Shown here piece by piece: positions 51,114-63,960 of a DNA stretch of 64,000 bases. Each line of letters starts with the position of its first letter. Position 1 is the first letter of the stretch. The position numbers and the translations under genes were made by a program. Under the pieces are notes generated by a model. The model was not told the origin of the DNA. It saw only the letters and a program-made list of their open reading frames with translations, and searched no databases. The stretch is from Chlorokybus atmophyticus (taxonomy: Eukaryota; Plantae; Mesostigma and Chlorokybus algae), in contig RHPI01002438.1 of NCBI GenBank assembly GCA_009103225.1, forward strand, positions 1,060,755-1,124,754, given 5' to 3'.

Positions 51114-51676
51114 TCACTCTTAGTTGTAGAACTAAGTGGTGTCAGTATTCTATAGAGCTGTTGTGACACTGGAAAGGTGTCCAATGCACGCGATCTATAT
51201 TTGCGTGAGTGCAGGTGGCTGATTGCCACTTTGTACAACTTGCAAGTTGAATGATGTAGTCAAAAGTGCCAGCTCGACTGTACAACGCAGTTGCCAACTA
51301 CCTGAATCAAATGCAGTGAAGTGTACAAGAGAAGGAATTCTACAATCAGCGTTGTGGAGCATGCACTAGACTGTTGGTACATCACCTAGCATGCCATGTC
51401 GCCCACTGGCGAGTTGTGTGCATAACCTGGATGTTCATGTAGCGCGCGCCAACTGTGCCACGTATGCCAACCAATGCAACACGCACCATTCAGAATACAA
51501 GCACCAAAGGCAAATTGATGCGCCACATGGACTCCTTTCTTCATCTACTGCTGCAATGTTGCATGTCCATCGGGCACGCGTTGCCATACACATACACCGT
51601 CTCTATGCTTCTCAACGATGGGTATGGTTGCTACATTACTAATGCACTACAACCATCATACTGTTACAAACAAACA

Positions 51677-53409
51677 TTACTTGCTATCACTTGTCTTGGG
51701 CGTTCGTCCCGGCTTGAACAGTTGACGCAGCCCATCAACCGGCGATATGTCCCACCTTTCAACGTGTCTGTAGCAAACACTTGCGCATGAGCCCAAATGA
51801 CAAGCTTACTGTTACCACAGCAGTGATGTCACATGAAACAACTCAAAGGGGATATCAACATAATCAACACAAGAGACGCACAAGGGACAACTCACCGCAC
51901 GATTTGGTTGGTGGCCTGATCAAAGATGTGCGTTGTCCCGCCAGAGGCTGGCATACAACACATGGTCAGCATGCCAACATGTGTTTGCACGCAGCTGCAA
52001 ATGACACGACTTGATATGCACTCATGCATCATTGTGCATGCTTGAGAGTATGCCAAAGTAATTGCATGCAAATAGATGAAACCTCGCATAGGACAAGTCC
52101 TGTGCGTACCAGCAAGGGTGGGTCTCCACGGGAGGCCAAGCGTGCAGCGAAACCGCCAACGAGAGACAACCTGATCCTGTAAGCACACTGAGGTTGAGAA
52201 GCAAGGCTTGTAAAACAAATCTCTTACACACGTTACAAATGCACTCTCACACATGCTTGCATACGCACACATGAATACACTTGTCTGCGCTGGTACGAAG
52301 ACATTGTACTAGTGACCACAGATGCACGCATGCCTCAATGTTACAGTAGATGTGTATCAACCAATCAACCAACCAACCTGGGTTTCTTGCCAGTCCACAA
52401 CATCCAGCTTGATGTTCTCCATGAAGCGGCCGAGGTTGCTCACGTTGCGCTGAAACCTCTCGCGGCCCCTGAAGCTCACGAAGGGGTCCGCAAACTCACA
52501 GTCCTCACTGTACACATCAAGCGACATGTCTCCTGCAACCCCAACAAGCCAGAGGTTGTTTGTCCTACATTGTCACGGAGTTGCTGCTTGGAGAGTCCCT
52601 TGTGTGCATGTGCTCGTGCATAGGTTTGTGTGCGCGTTGATGTACCTTCACACACAGTGCGCATGCATTCATGCAATTGCGTGCATGCTTGCGTACGCAC
52701 GCGAGTGTGCGCTTATGCAACACACCTGTGACGAAATAGTTTCTGTCATAGTCTTTGCGCAACGCCGCCACCACTTCTTGTCTGCTGTACATCCTTTCTG
52801 CACGCACAACAGTGACACCACGGTGCATGATATCAGCCCAACTTTCGTCTAGAAGCCCATTTCCAGAGTTGTTGAACACTGTTGTGTGTTGATGCATGCT
52901 GTGTGCATGCATACCTGGCGCACTGGTGCTCGCCTCTTCTGGCTGTTTCTCCCTCCCAAGAGATGCAACCTGCACACAACAAACAGTCAACACCTGCATA
53001 AAACGCTGCATAACACAGCAAACGCAACGTCATCATCATTACCTGCCCGAACAGCTCTGCAGCATACCAAGATGCCTTCACAAACAAACTCGGGTCACCT
53101 GCAACATGCAAGCATGCTCAAGGATACTATGACAGTAACAGTCGTCGCGTTTGAGAACGATTCAACCCAAAGGACCACTCAAGCACTGTGCTTACTGTCT
53201 TTAGGGTTTCTCTTTGACAGCCCTTTGCCAGCTCTCTCCGGTTCTCCTGCCATCATTGTAACCATGGTCCTGCCCTGAGCATGCCCCACACGCTCCCGCC
53301 TCTGAGCCAGCGGAAAACAGGCATGCCTCCTTGACGACGGCAGCACTGTCGCCACCGCCGACACCGTCCCGGCCGCCGCCGCCGCCGCCGCCGCCACGTG
53401 GCACGCCAT
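51677..53409 (-). CDS. DUF2358 / SnoaL-NTF2-like protein with a plastid-type transit peptide
   Basis: LRKDYDRNYFVTG|DMSLDVYSEDCEFADPFVSFRGRERFQRNVSNLG, SRWRFRCTLGLPWRPTLA, GGTTHIFD, HVERWDISPVDGLRQLFKPG. Confidence 0.85.
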
Positions 53410-53496
53410 GGTCACACTGCAGTTGCCACATCCGAGAATGCGCCTTTGCCAAAGTAAAAAAGGCAGCTGTGTTCAGCCAGTGTTGGCGGCGGCGGG

Positions 53497-56292
53497 ATGG
53501 CTGTGGCGGTGGGCGTCGGGGTCTTTGGGCATGTGGCTGTGCTTGGAGGAGGGTCAAGATGCAGGAGGAGGCGTGGTGAAATGTCTCACAGGGCGCAGCG
53601 GTTAGTGGCGGTGCGCTGCTCCCAGGCTGAGGATGGGAGCGCCTCTTCCTCCCCGCCAGGCCAGCAGCAGGTGACGGTGGAGTACAACCCCATAGGCAGG
53701 ATGGCAGAGGCGGCTAACGATGCCAGGGAGAAGCGCACGTCTATCACCCTCTTCTCCCCCTCCAAAATCAACCTCTTCCTCAGGATCACCCGCCGCCGCC
53801 CGGACGGCTACCACGACCTCGCTTCCCTCTTCCACGTAAGTGCATTAGGGTTTCCTTTCTGCCAATACATAACAGCTATTGTCCGCTCTACTACACTACC
53901 ACACTCATCATGCACTCTATCGGTTAGACTTTGTTGGACTTGCTAGTTTGCATATGCTCGCTGATATGTAGGTGTACATGCATGTTGGCGAGCCGCTTGC
54001 CTATGTTACGTTTTCTCTTCCTTTCTTTGGTATTGTTCTGTTGGTATCATTCTGTCTTCCTGCATGCATTGTTTGGCCGTGTATGTGAAGGAGCAAGCAC
54101 ATGGCGGGGGTAGGTGTGTCACGCGCGGCGCGTGCATGTGTTTGCGCATGCATGAGGCAATTGCATGCTGGTTGTGTGATGTGTGCACCGCAGTTGCAAG
54201 TGACGAGTAAAGTCGCTGCATGATGTATATCGATTCACAAGTTAACAGCATACAACTCATCACAATCACGTAGTGTTAACCTAAACGTATGCCTGATTGC
54301 AATTATATCTTTTATCAGGCTATTGATCTTGGTGACGCTTTGAAGTTTTCCGTGTCGCCTTCCACAAGGCGCGATTCCCTTACAACAAATGCCTCAGGTG
54401 TTCCCCTTGATGACACCAACCTGGTGAGTCGCACTTTCATCATTCCCTACACATGTATGGGTTATCTACTGGCATTGATGATGATTGAGTGACGTGTCGT
54501 TATGCTTGCACAGATCAACAGGGCGTTGGCACTCTTTCGCAAGCACACCGGCAGCCAACAGTACTACTGGGTGAGGGATGCAGACACATGACCAGAATAG
54601 TGGTTTGGTTCACAAGGTATATACCACATACAGGTTGTATACGAGATTATAGTATGGCTTGCGCATGTAGTCCAACATACAACATTGGCCGGGACATGTT
54701 GTCTGTATCCATCATACCATACGGTTGTGGACGGGTCTTGGTGGGGTTACTACGACTAGCATACACCACAATAAATGTTTATATACCACAGTGTGTATAC
54801 CTCATAGATTGCATCGCACATACATATATGTACATACATTTACAGTGTATACGTACATGACTATACTACTTGTAAGCATTTGTGTAGTTTCAACCTGTGA
54901 TATCTTGCTCATTGCCCATTGGTTGTTTGCGTGATTAGTGCACTCAACCACAACTCTCTCCTGCGCAATACCTCTCAGGTGCATCTTGACAAGAGGGTTC
55001 CAACGGGTGCGGGTCTCGGGGGCGGCAGCGGCAACGCGGCAACGGCGCTGTGGGCGGCGAACGAGATGTGCGGGCGGCCCGCTTCCACACAGGACCTTGC
55101 GGAATGGGCCGCCGAGATTGGCAGCGACATCAGCTTCTTCTTCAGCAAGGGCGCTGCCTATTGCACCGGCAGAGGAGAGGTCAGACACATGTGGGTACCT
55201 TTGCGTGCGCATGTGTCAGCTTGTTGTGGTGGTCATAATCATGGCCGCGGCTGCGGCGGTGGTGTTGTACTTTCGTGCGCGCGCGTATTATTGGGGGTGT
55301 TTAAGGTGCTTGCGTGCAGATCGTTGAAGATGTGCCGCCGCCGCTGCCGCTTGACATGAGACTCTGCTTGGTGAAGCCATCGGAGGAGTGCTCAACTGCA
55401 GAGATATTCAAGGTTAGGCATCATGTCATGATTGTTTTAGCATCCTGCTGTCTTGTTTATATTTGTAACCTGTTGTGTCACAAACACCGCACACAAATAC
55501 CGCAAGCAGCCAAGAATGCCCTGTATGTAGACGTTCAACATAGATGAAGCAAGCAAAGTGGATGGAAAGGAACTGTTGGAGAGGATAGTGTCGGAAAGGC
55601 GCATACGTCCAGAGACTTGCATTAACGACTTGGGTATGCTTAGGGGTATTACTTCAATATATGGGGGTTGGGTTGTTTGCTCTTGTGCCCTGCATCTTCT
55701 CACAGTCAGCCTTGTCCAACTGCAGAGGCGCCTGCTTTTCGTGCGCTGCCAAGGTTGAAGGCTCTGAAGCAGAGGCTGGTGGCGGCAGGAAGGGGCAGAT
55801 ACGACGCGGTGTTTATGACGGGCAGGTGAACACTTTGGCAATGCGAGCGTGTCCATTGCACAGCATGTGCGCATGCACACACAATTGCCACGTGGCAACA
55901 CAGCTATTTTTGCGCATGTGCACATGTTCACATAGTTGCATGGTGTAAACTGAGTATTTGTCTCACTGCAGTGGCAGCACAATCGTTTTGGTCGGAGATG
56001 ATGAACCCCCGCCGTTCATTTATGACGAGCCTGAATATGAAGACGTTTTCCTTTCAGGCAAGAGGCCTGATGCTTGTTCACCCTGTTTCATTTGGTTGCT
56101 TTTCAGCCATCAACAGCGTGTCCACAATCAGGTGCACGCCTGTTGACACGATCCGAAGACCAGTGGTACTCGCCAGTTGGTGCCGGCTCATTTGCCGATG
56201 AAGACCCTTTCGCTGCACAGCCCGAAATGGCGCCACCTTCCGGCGTTGATCAACTAGAGTCTCTGAAACTACCTTTCTCATTCGAGTCTTAG
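53497..56292 (+). CDS. ispE: 4-diphosphocytidyl-2-C-methyl-D-erythritol kinase (MEP pathway)
   Basis: SPSKINLFLRITRRRPDGYHDLASLFH, VPLDDTNL, LDKRVPTGAGLGGGSGNAATALWAAN, EIGSDISFFFSKGAAYCTGRGE, LVKPSEECSTAEIF, CINDL, MTGS|GST. Confidence 0.96.
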
Positions 56293-57235
56293 GTCAAGCA
56301 CCTGTCACAAGGTATTGTGAAAAAATTTTGTGCCCGCTGGGTAACATACCGGATACTTTATTTCTACATGTTGCGAGTGATGGCATTCAGGGTGCCTGGC
56401 TACAGTTAGGGCACTTGCAAGTATGCTTGGACCACTACAGGACGCAATGAGCTCAGGTAGCTGGCGTATATGTTTGGTGAAAGTGTTGCCTGGACAGTGC
56501 GAAGCAATGACAGAGGCAATCATTGCGTATACGTTGTGGCATGGTGCCATGCGAGGTGGGTAGTTGACCAGTTTCTTGGAATCACCTTCCCTTCACAAAA
56601 GCCAAGTCTTAGTAGTGGACGCTTTTTAGTCATACTATAGGTGCATTAAACCATCGCAGATAATACATCATGCACAATACCGCATTGCACAGCTACGTTA
56701 GGGCATTCGCATGACAATATGAGTGTCGCCTCGCTTCTGTGCTTACAATCCAAACCACAATGTTGTAGTGCAAACTGCAGTACCCTTGCTCAAATAGTAC
56801 TACGAATGTGGTCAGCCAACCTCACAAAGAACGTAGGGCTAAACACTGGTGATTGCGTAACAGGTCCAATTAATACATGATGCTGCACATGGATGGTGAG
56901 CATTGTGCACGCGCACATGCATGTATCGTGCATGTTACATGCATCACGTGCATTTCCTGTACACAGCACTAGCATCAAGACGTTACAGCAGATGCTGATG
57001 GTGGGAGGCTATGCTAGGGGTAGTGTAGTTAGAGTAGGCACATAGCTGGCAGTAGTAAATGTAAGGGAATGATGTGTACATGATATATGACGTGCTGTTG
57101 TGCGTGTGGATAGGATTGGATGGTTGTATGTATGCATCTATGCCATGTAGCAACAGAGTGCGCATGTACGTATGCCTTGTGTCAGCATACGTGCTGGACC
57201 ACCCCGTACACATGCGACTCTGTCCGTCATCTTAG

Positions 57236-58357
57236 TTAATCTACCAACCTCTGTCTGTGTTGCGTTGATGTTGTTCGCAATGGTGGATGGATAGCACTTA
57301 AGCTCGGGTCTTGCGTCGCCAGTGCATGCGTACTTTCTGTGCTGTTATGATAGACTCCGCTGATTGGCCTGGCCGCCAGCGAAGGCGAGGTGCTGTGAAG
57401 CACACATGGCCGACACACGCGTCCACATTGCCGGCCAAGACAACCGTCAATGGCTCCCATGTAAGCTGCGCATTACCTGCCTTCGCCTACAAACACAGGT
57501 CGCACACAAGTCACACAATGTCACTGAAGCTTGCATGCTGCACACATGAAGCTCACCTGGTAGCCAAGTTTTTGAGATATCACGTTCACTGCGCCATCGA
57601 CTTTTATATGCTTGCCGTTCACGTCCCAAAGCACATTGCCCTCGGTGTCGATGCGAAAGTCTTGTGCAGTTGCGTGCACCGGCCCGGTCAGTGCTAAGGA
57701 CTCAGTGGCAGTGTCCCATGCTACCCCTGCCGCACGCAACTCAGCTTTGGTTGGAGTGTGCAGCACCACCAAATTACCCTGCACAAGCGTTGGGTGCATG
57801 ATAACCACTCAAGGCTTTGGAAGCATGTAGGTCTGAAGCATTGTCTGCTTCAGATGACCGTATCTCACTTGGAATATGCTTCTACAGCTTGTATAAACAT
57901 GCAGCAAGCACAGCCTTGAACGCCTCAGCTTCAAACCTACATGCAAGCATGTGAATGTACTTGAGTATGCAGGTATGCAATGCACCTTCAAGTGCAGTGT
58001 TTGAGCTTGGCGGTGGAGGTCAGCTTGCTTGGCCATCACGGTGAACTCGGGTGTGCGGGAGGCGTGGCTGTGAACGTGGACTTGGCTGAACAGGTCGGCA
58101 CGCAGCTCGGCGGCGCGGGCGTCCATAAAGCCCCGGTCGTAGCTCATCTCAGCGCAGACCAGTCGCCACGACAATGGCGGAGGGGCATGAGCCTCCGTCG
58201 GCGGCGCATAGTGCTCCAGCTGGACGCCGCTTGCTTTCAGCCAGCGCTGTCTGCCACCGCCGCCACCTTCGTCATCCGCCTTCTCATGCTGCGGCGCCTC
58301 TTTCAGCTTTCCGGCAAAACTGTCCTGCTTCCGCTCTTTGGCCACGCGGTTGCCCAT
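57236..58357 (-). CDS. Hypothetical multi-exon protein; start and last exon uncertain
   Basis: GC-rich open exon at about 58357-57985 ending in a GT donor, and an exon at about 57782-57557 (GNLVVLHTPTKAELRAAG..VISQKLGYQ) with splice borders. Confidence 0.5.
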
Positions 58358-58598
58358 GCATCCATCCTCGTGCTTGTCCTCCGCCTCCTGGTCCTCCGTC
58401 GCCTCGTCCGCCGCCGCCGCCGTCGCCGCCTGGTTTAGAGACACGTTAAGCTCTTGTATCCCTTTGGCGCCAAAGTGCGTTCAGTGCAGGCATGAACACT
58501 GCGGTTGCCGCGGGATTTCCGCACCCGGGCGACGGCAGAGCCGTTTCAGGTTTGATTTGTTTGCATTTACGTTAAGGTGCTTACCGCTGGGCGGTGGT

Positions 58599-60351
58599 AT
58601 GGGCGGTATGGGAGGTGTCGGCGTCGGTGTCGGCGGTGTGGATGTAGACAAGCTGCGGATCTGGCTGCAGGATATGGGTTTGGAAGAGAGCTGTCAACTT
58701 AAGGAGCTGGCAAAGCTTCCCCGCCGGAGCTTGCAGCGGTGAAAATGGCTGTTGCGTTCGCTGTGCACTCACGCGCTCTGGTTTGAACAAAAGTATTGAA
58801 GTACCTGATTTTCACAATGTGTGTGATGCATATTTGGACGAGTACGCACTCATTAGCCCGGTTGAGGCTGTTGCATCCTTGCTGGTGTACATCACGCGGT
58901 TATTATCGGCAACAGTTTGCATACATCATCACCCACTTTCAAGTAGAGGCTGTTGCATTCTGGCTACCTTGTCGTACGCTGCTTTGAGCCACGAGATTAT
59001 AGCATGCCAGGTTCCGACAGGACTGGATGCTGTGACAACTTGCTGCTTGCGTGCTACAACAGCAAGGCCCTTACTGTACACTTCCAGGTTACGTGCTGCT
59101 GCTGCACAGTCGCACCGGCGCAGCAGGACAGCGCGTCTCCTTGCTCAAGAATACGAAGAGCAGGCTGGGGACTGCCGGCGTCAAAGTGCGTGTTGCTGCT
59201 GCAGCTGTCATTACTAACGTTTCGCAGCAGCTGTTAGTAGCTTTGTACCACGTCAGCCTTATCAATTGGTTGACAGTGTGTGCCTGCTTCTCTGAACTGA
59301 TATGTGACAGGTGACTGCATGCGCCCAGTGTTGCTGGCTGCAGGTCTCAGAAAGGAGTGCCTATCGCCAGCAGCGGAGGAAAGCATGCATGCGCTTGTTG
59401 ATGTTGCTGATGCTCTGACGCTAAAGGACACCCAGACAGCAAGGTGAGGTGTCGCTGTCTTGGTTGCCATGACATGGATCGACACGCACACGCACACTTA
59501 AATGCAACATGACATTCAACCAATTGTTGTTGGTGTGTGCAGCTACATTGCGGCATTGGCGGACCTGACTCTGCGCCAGGCCGAGAAAGAGGACCGCAAT
59601 CTTGCGCTGAAGCGCAGCATTGATGAATGTGTTAAGGACACCCGCAAGGCCATATCAATGCTTGCAAGCATTTCACCGTGAGTTGGCTCAACCAGTACGT
59701 GCACATCTTATTGCCAGCGTGCCAGTTGAGTACTGATGCATATGTGGTGCAGGACACTACAGACCTTTGACACTGAGTGTCAAGAGGCAGCATCATATGC
59801 AGCCCAGAAGCGCGCAGAAGTTCGCATGTTGGAAAGTAAACAGGCTCAGTACTCAACGCAAGCGCACAACTCCAGGGTAAGGCCATTGAGTTGTGGGCCT
59901 CACCACAACGCCAAGACACCGCACGCACACGTTTTTCCCCAATCACTTGTGTCACTCATCGTGTACGCATGAAGGGGGGTTGGGTTGCCAGACACACTCT
60001 GGCCTCATGCTGTATGTGCTACAGGTGCTCTTGCAGCGCTCAGGGTACACTCCAGACTTCAACCACAGAGAGTTGGTGGTGATGAGTACTGAGCTGCAGA
60101 AGGTGTTAACGGAAACAGAACCTTTGCTGCAGCAGCGACAATCATACCTGGACCTGCCACCGGTGAGTCGGGATTGATGTGTGCAAGCATAAAAACCGAT
60201 TCAACTCTGTTGCTCAGAACAGCAGCTGCATACACTTGACATTGATATTCTCCAGGATGCGGCCCTGGCGCGCATGGCCATTGAGAAGAAAAGACAGGAA
60301 CTTGCTGATGTGCAGATCCAATTGGAGGATGCACTTGCAGGCCTGTCGTAA
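58599..60351 (+). CDS. HAUS1: Augmin/HAUS complex subunit 1 (AUG1)
   Basis: ALVDVADALTLKDT, YIAALADLTLRQAE, and C-terminal SYLDLPP|DAALARMAIEKKRQELA, resembling plant AUG1. 5' exons are uncertain. Confidence 0.72.
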
Positions 60352-61069
60352 CGCTCACTGCGCTACGCCAACCATTACAGCAGTTTCAGTATAACATGGA
60401 ACACAACTAAGGCAAGCCTTGCAATTGCAGTGGTTGCAGTCCGATAATTGATTCAGCGTCTCACCTCACAATATCCTGACTGGACTAATCACATGCCACC
60501 ACAATGGTCAGCTGAGTCAACCTTGCAGACACCGTCACTTGCAAACGTAGTGCTGACTAACTGGGCGCAGACCATGATTGAGGGTTTACAATCATACCCA
60601 ACAATAGCAAACGGCTTTGGCAGGCTGCAGCCAAGGGTGCATCTAAGTATGAAGCCTTGAATCGTGTGTTGAAGCGTTTTGTGTACGTGTATGTTGTTCG
60701 CGACTGCTGGTGAGTGTTTGCGTGTGTCTGTGCGCTTCCCTGTGTTGTAGACAGCTGTGCAGGACGGATTGAACCACCAATACCTTCCTGTGCTCAAAAC
60801 ATCTTACATCAATGGACACTCTGCCAATGTACTTGCTGTTCAAGCAGGCAACCATGCAGATGCGCACACATGCATATACTACACTTATATATACGCGCGA
60901 GCGCGCACATGCTTGCATGCGCATGCACCCAAGTAAGCAAGGAGATGCACAGGGACACAGACAGCTAATATGCTAATTGCTGGTGACATTATCAGCACAT
61001 GAGAGAGAGAACGGCAACATGGAGGGGTAAGCGTATTCTACAGGTGTTTTATCTTGTGCACACTACACG

Positions 61070-62047
61070 CTTTCTTGAATGCTAAGCATGTCACGCCTCG
61101 TTCAAACCAACATGATCATCTTCGCAATACTCCTTCACGGCGTCCGTCATGTTGTGCACGCAAGTGTAGGTGCTTCGCATGAAGCGCCTATATACGAGCA
61201 CTTTCTTCGTCATGTCATGTCATATGGAGAAGTCGCTACACCCGTAACTTCTGACCGAGCTTTCAGGGCAACATGTGCTGCAAATGCACCACGTGATCTA
61301 GGCAGTGCTTGAGGCGAACCCATACCATGGGGATGGTTTCTCAGCAGGACTCAAGCAAGTTTGTAATCGCATTTAGACACGATAAACAGCTCCAACCTTA
61401 GAGTCTTCACCACTTCGTCGATAGAACCAGACCAACGTCGCTTCTCCAATTGAGCCTTTCGGAGGCATGTGTGGGACCACATTGCGCCCTTTCTTCCCAA
61501 TTATGTATGTATGTATGTGTGCACGTATGTATGTATGTCAGGCAGAAAGGGCGCAATGAGGCCCCACACGTGCCTTGCCTCCATGATACTTTCCTCCTTC
61601 CTCTCAGCCTCTTTCACACTCTGGACAAGAAGAATTTTCTCTCCATTCCTTCAGAAGCAAAGAGCCACGTAAGCGTCCTCGGAGGCATGAGCCAGTATGC
61701 GATAGCACTCGCGCACAACGTCCCTGTATATATACAACAACTCTTACATGAAGGCCATGCTGTGGCATAATATCTGTCCTCCACCTCATCAGCAAGCTTC
61801 CAGGTTTTCAGGTTGTGTTCACGCAGGCGGACGCCAAGCCCTGCGCGCACATTTCGTCGATGACGAGGCCCAGCAAGTGAGGGTTGTCCAGAACTTGTCT
61901 AGGAGAGAGAGAGCGCTGGTGTGATGGCGAGACAACAACCTTGTGTGCATGATTGGTGAGGGACACTGACAAGAGAGCGTGTCAGACGAGGAGTGTGCAT
62001 GTGTGTGGGGGGTGGGGTGGGTGGGTGGGGGCGCGCAAGCACGCACG

Positions 62048-62084
<37 letters not shown>

Positions 62085-62991
62085 NNNNNNNNNNNNNNNN
62101 NNNNNNNNNNNNNNNNNNNNNNNNNNNNNNNNNNNNNNNNNNNNNNNNNNNNNNNNNNNNNNNNNNNNNNNNNNNNNNNNNNNNNNNNNNNNNNNNNNNN
62201 NNNNNNNNNNNNNNNNNNNNNNNNNNNNNNNNNNNNNNNNNNNNNNNNNNNNNNNNNNNNNNNNNNNNNNNNNNNNNNNNNNNNNNNNNNNNNNNNNNNN
62301 NNNNNNNNNNNNNNNNNNNNNNNNNNNNNNNNNNNNNNNNNNNNNNNNNNNNNNNNNNNNNNNNNNNNNNNNNNNNNNNNNNNNNNNNNNNNNNNNNNNN
62401 NNNNNNNNNNNNNNNNNNNNNNNNNNNNNNNNNNNNNNNNNNNNNNNNNNNNNNNNNNNNNNNNNNNNNNNNNNNNNNNNNNNNNNNNNNNNNNNNNNNN
62501 NNNNNNNNNNNNNNNNNNNNNNNNNNNNNNNNNNNNNNNNNNNNNNNNNNNNNNNNNNNNNNNNNNNNNNNNNNNNNNNNNNNNNNNNNNNNNNNNNNNN
62601 NNNNNNNNNNNNNNNNNNNNNNNNNNNNNNNNNNNNNNNNNNNNNNNNNNNNNNNNNNNNNNNNNNNNNNNNNNNNNNNNNNNNNNNNNNNNNNNNNNNN
62701 NNNNNNNNNNNNNNNNNNNNNNNNNNNNNNNNNNNNNNNNNNNNNNNNNNNNNNNNNNNNNNNNNNNNNNNNNNNNNNNNNNNNNNNNNNNNNNNNNNNN
62801 NNNNNNNNNNNNNNNNNNNNNNNNNNNNNNNNNNNNNNNNNNNNNNNNNNNNNNNNNNNNNNNNNNGAGCGAGGGAGGGAGCGAGCGAGGGAGGGAGCGA
62901 GCGAGGGAGGGAGCGGGAAAGGGAGGGAGGGAGCGGGAGGGGGAGGGAGGGAGGGGGGGAGGGGGGGAGCGAGCGAGCGAGCGAGCGAGCG

Positions 62992-63035
<44 letters not shown>

Positions 63036-63960
63036 GACCCGCCTGTAAACCAAAAACAGTAATTGACCTTATTTAGGCAGGAGTAGACCGCCGACAAGAA
63101 GGTTGCAAGCACCGCCGCTTGTGTTCAGCAAAAATGACGTTTGCGCAAGTCTAACAGTGTACAAGCTACCCCAATACTGCCGCCTTCCCCGCCGATGCTG
63201 CAGCCACCGAAGTCTTTGGCTTTACGTGCTACACCTGGGACAGGATACCCATGAGACATGTTCTTTGCTGAGTTCCCCTGCCAGGAGAACTCAGCAAAGA
63301 CAAGCCCTGCACTGGGCAGTGCCAGGGTTTTGTTTCTGCCAGCTTGAACTTCTTATCCCAGGCAACGCACATGTTGAGGTGTGCGGTTTCAACATAGTGA
63401 GATTTGGTTCGCAGTCGTTTGCATGGTGCATCTGCGTAAAATTGGATACAAGATGTTCATAACAGGACCATGACAATGCTCACAACGCTCAACGCACGGG
63501 TTGCTGATGCATTCTTCAGCAATTCAAGCCTGCTAGCATGGGCTGCAACATGAGGGCATTCCTGGTAGGCTTGTGTCTGCAGGTGAGATGATAGGTCACC
63601 TGCTGTATGCAAGAATCTGGAGCTGCTTGAGACAATAGCATGTCACACATCTGATGCCACACAACGTGTCAACGCCTAACCCAAAGCGGAGACTTACAGC
63701 AAGTCCAGGCAACCAAGCAGGCTGCCCACAGTTGTCACGTGGTGGTTACGCTCAACGACTGTACAGCTGGTAAATCATGGCCTGTCCAGCGAATGCCCTG
63801 CCTGTGTATATCCTGCCAAGCCCAATACCTGTCACGTTGTAGTAAGGAATTATGACTGTACAAATGGCCAGCAAGTAATAGCTCTTCAGCCATCGCCCTA
63901 CAATTTGGCATAATCGCTACTGCTAAGTAATCTATCATGGCTCTCTGCTGGTCATACACC
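61070..63960 (-). CDS. Probable multi-exon gene, unidentified, interrupted by a gap and continuing past the window end
   Basis: Exon-like blocks with AG/GT borders, e.g. about 61897-61748 (RAGLGVRLREHNLKTWKLADEVEDRYYATAWPS) joining in phase to WDVVRECYRILAHASEDAY. A full model could not be built. Confidence 0.35.
62051..63033. repeat. (AG)n and GA/GAGC compound microsatellite spanning an N gap (62085-62866)
   Basis: (AG)17 before the gap. gagcgagg/gagc/(ga)n after it. Confidence 0.97.

Noticed and set aside
15085-56292. Isoprenoid/carotenoid supercluster of LCYE, LCYB and ispE
   Set aside because: ispE is over 30 kb away with many unrelated genes in between, so the proximity is probably chance.
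33581-63112. Long ORFs made of X residues (33581-34451, 45693-46262, 61899-63112)
   Set aside because: Artefacts of N runs and microsatellites.
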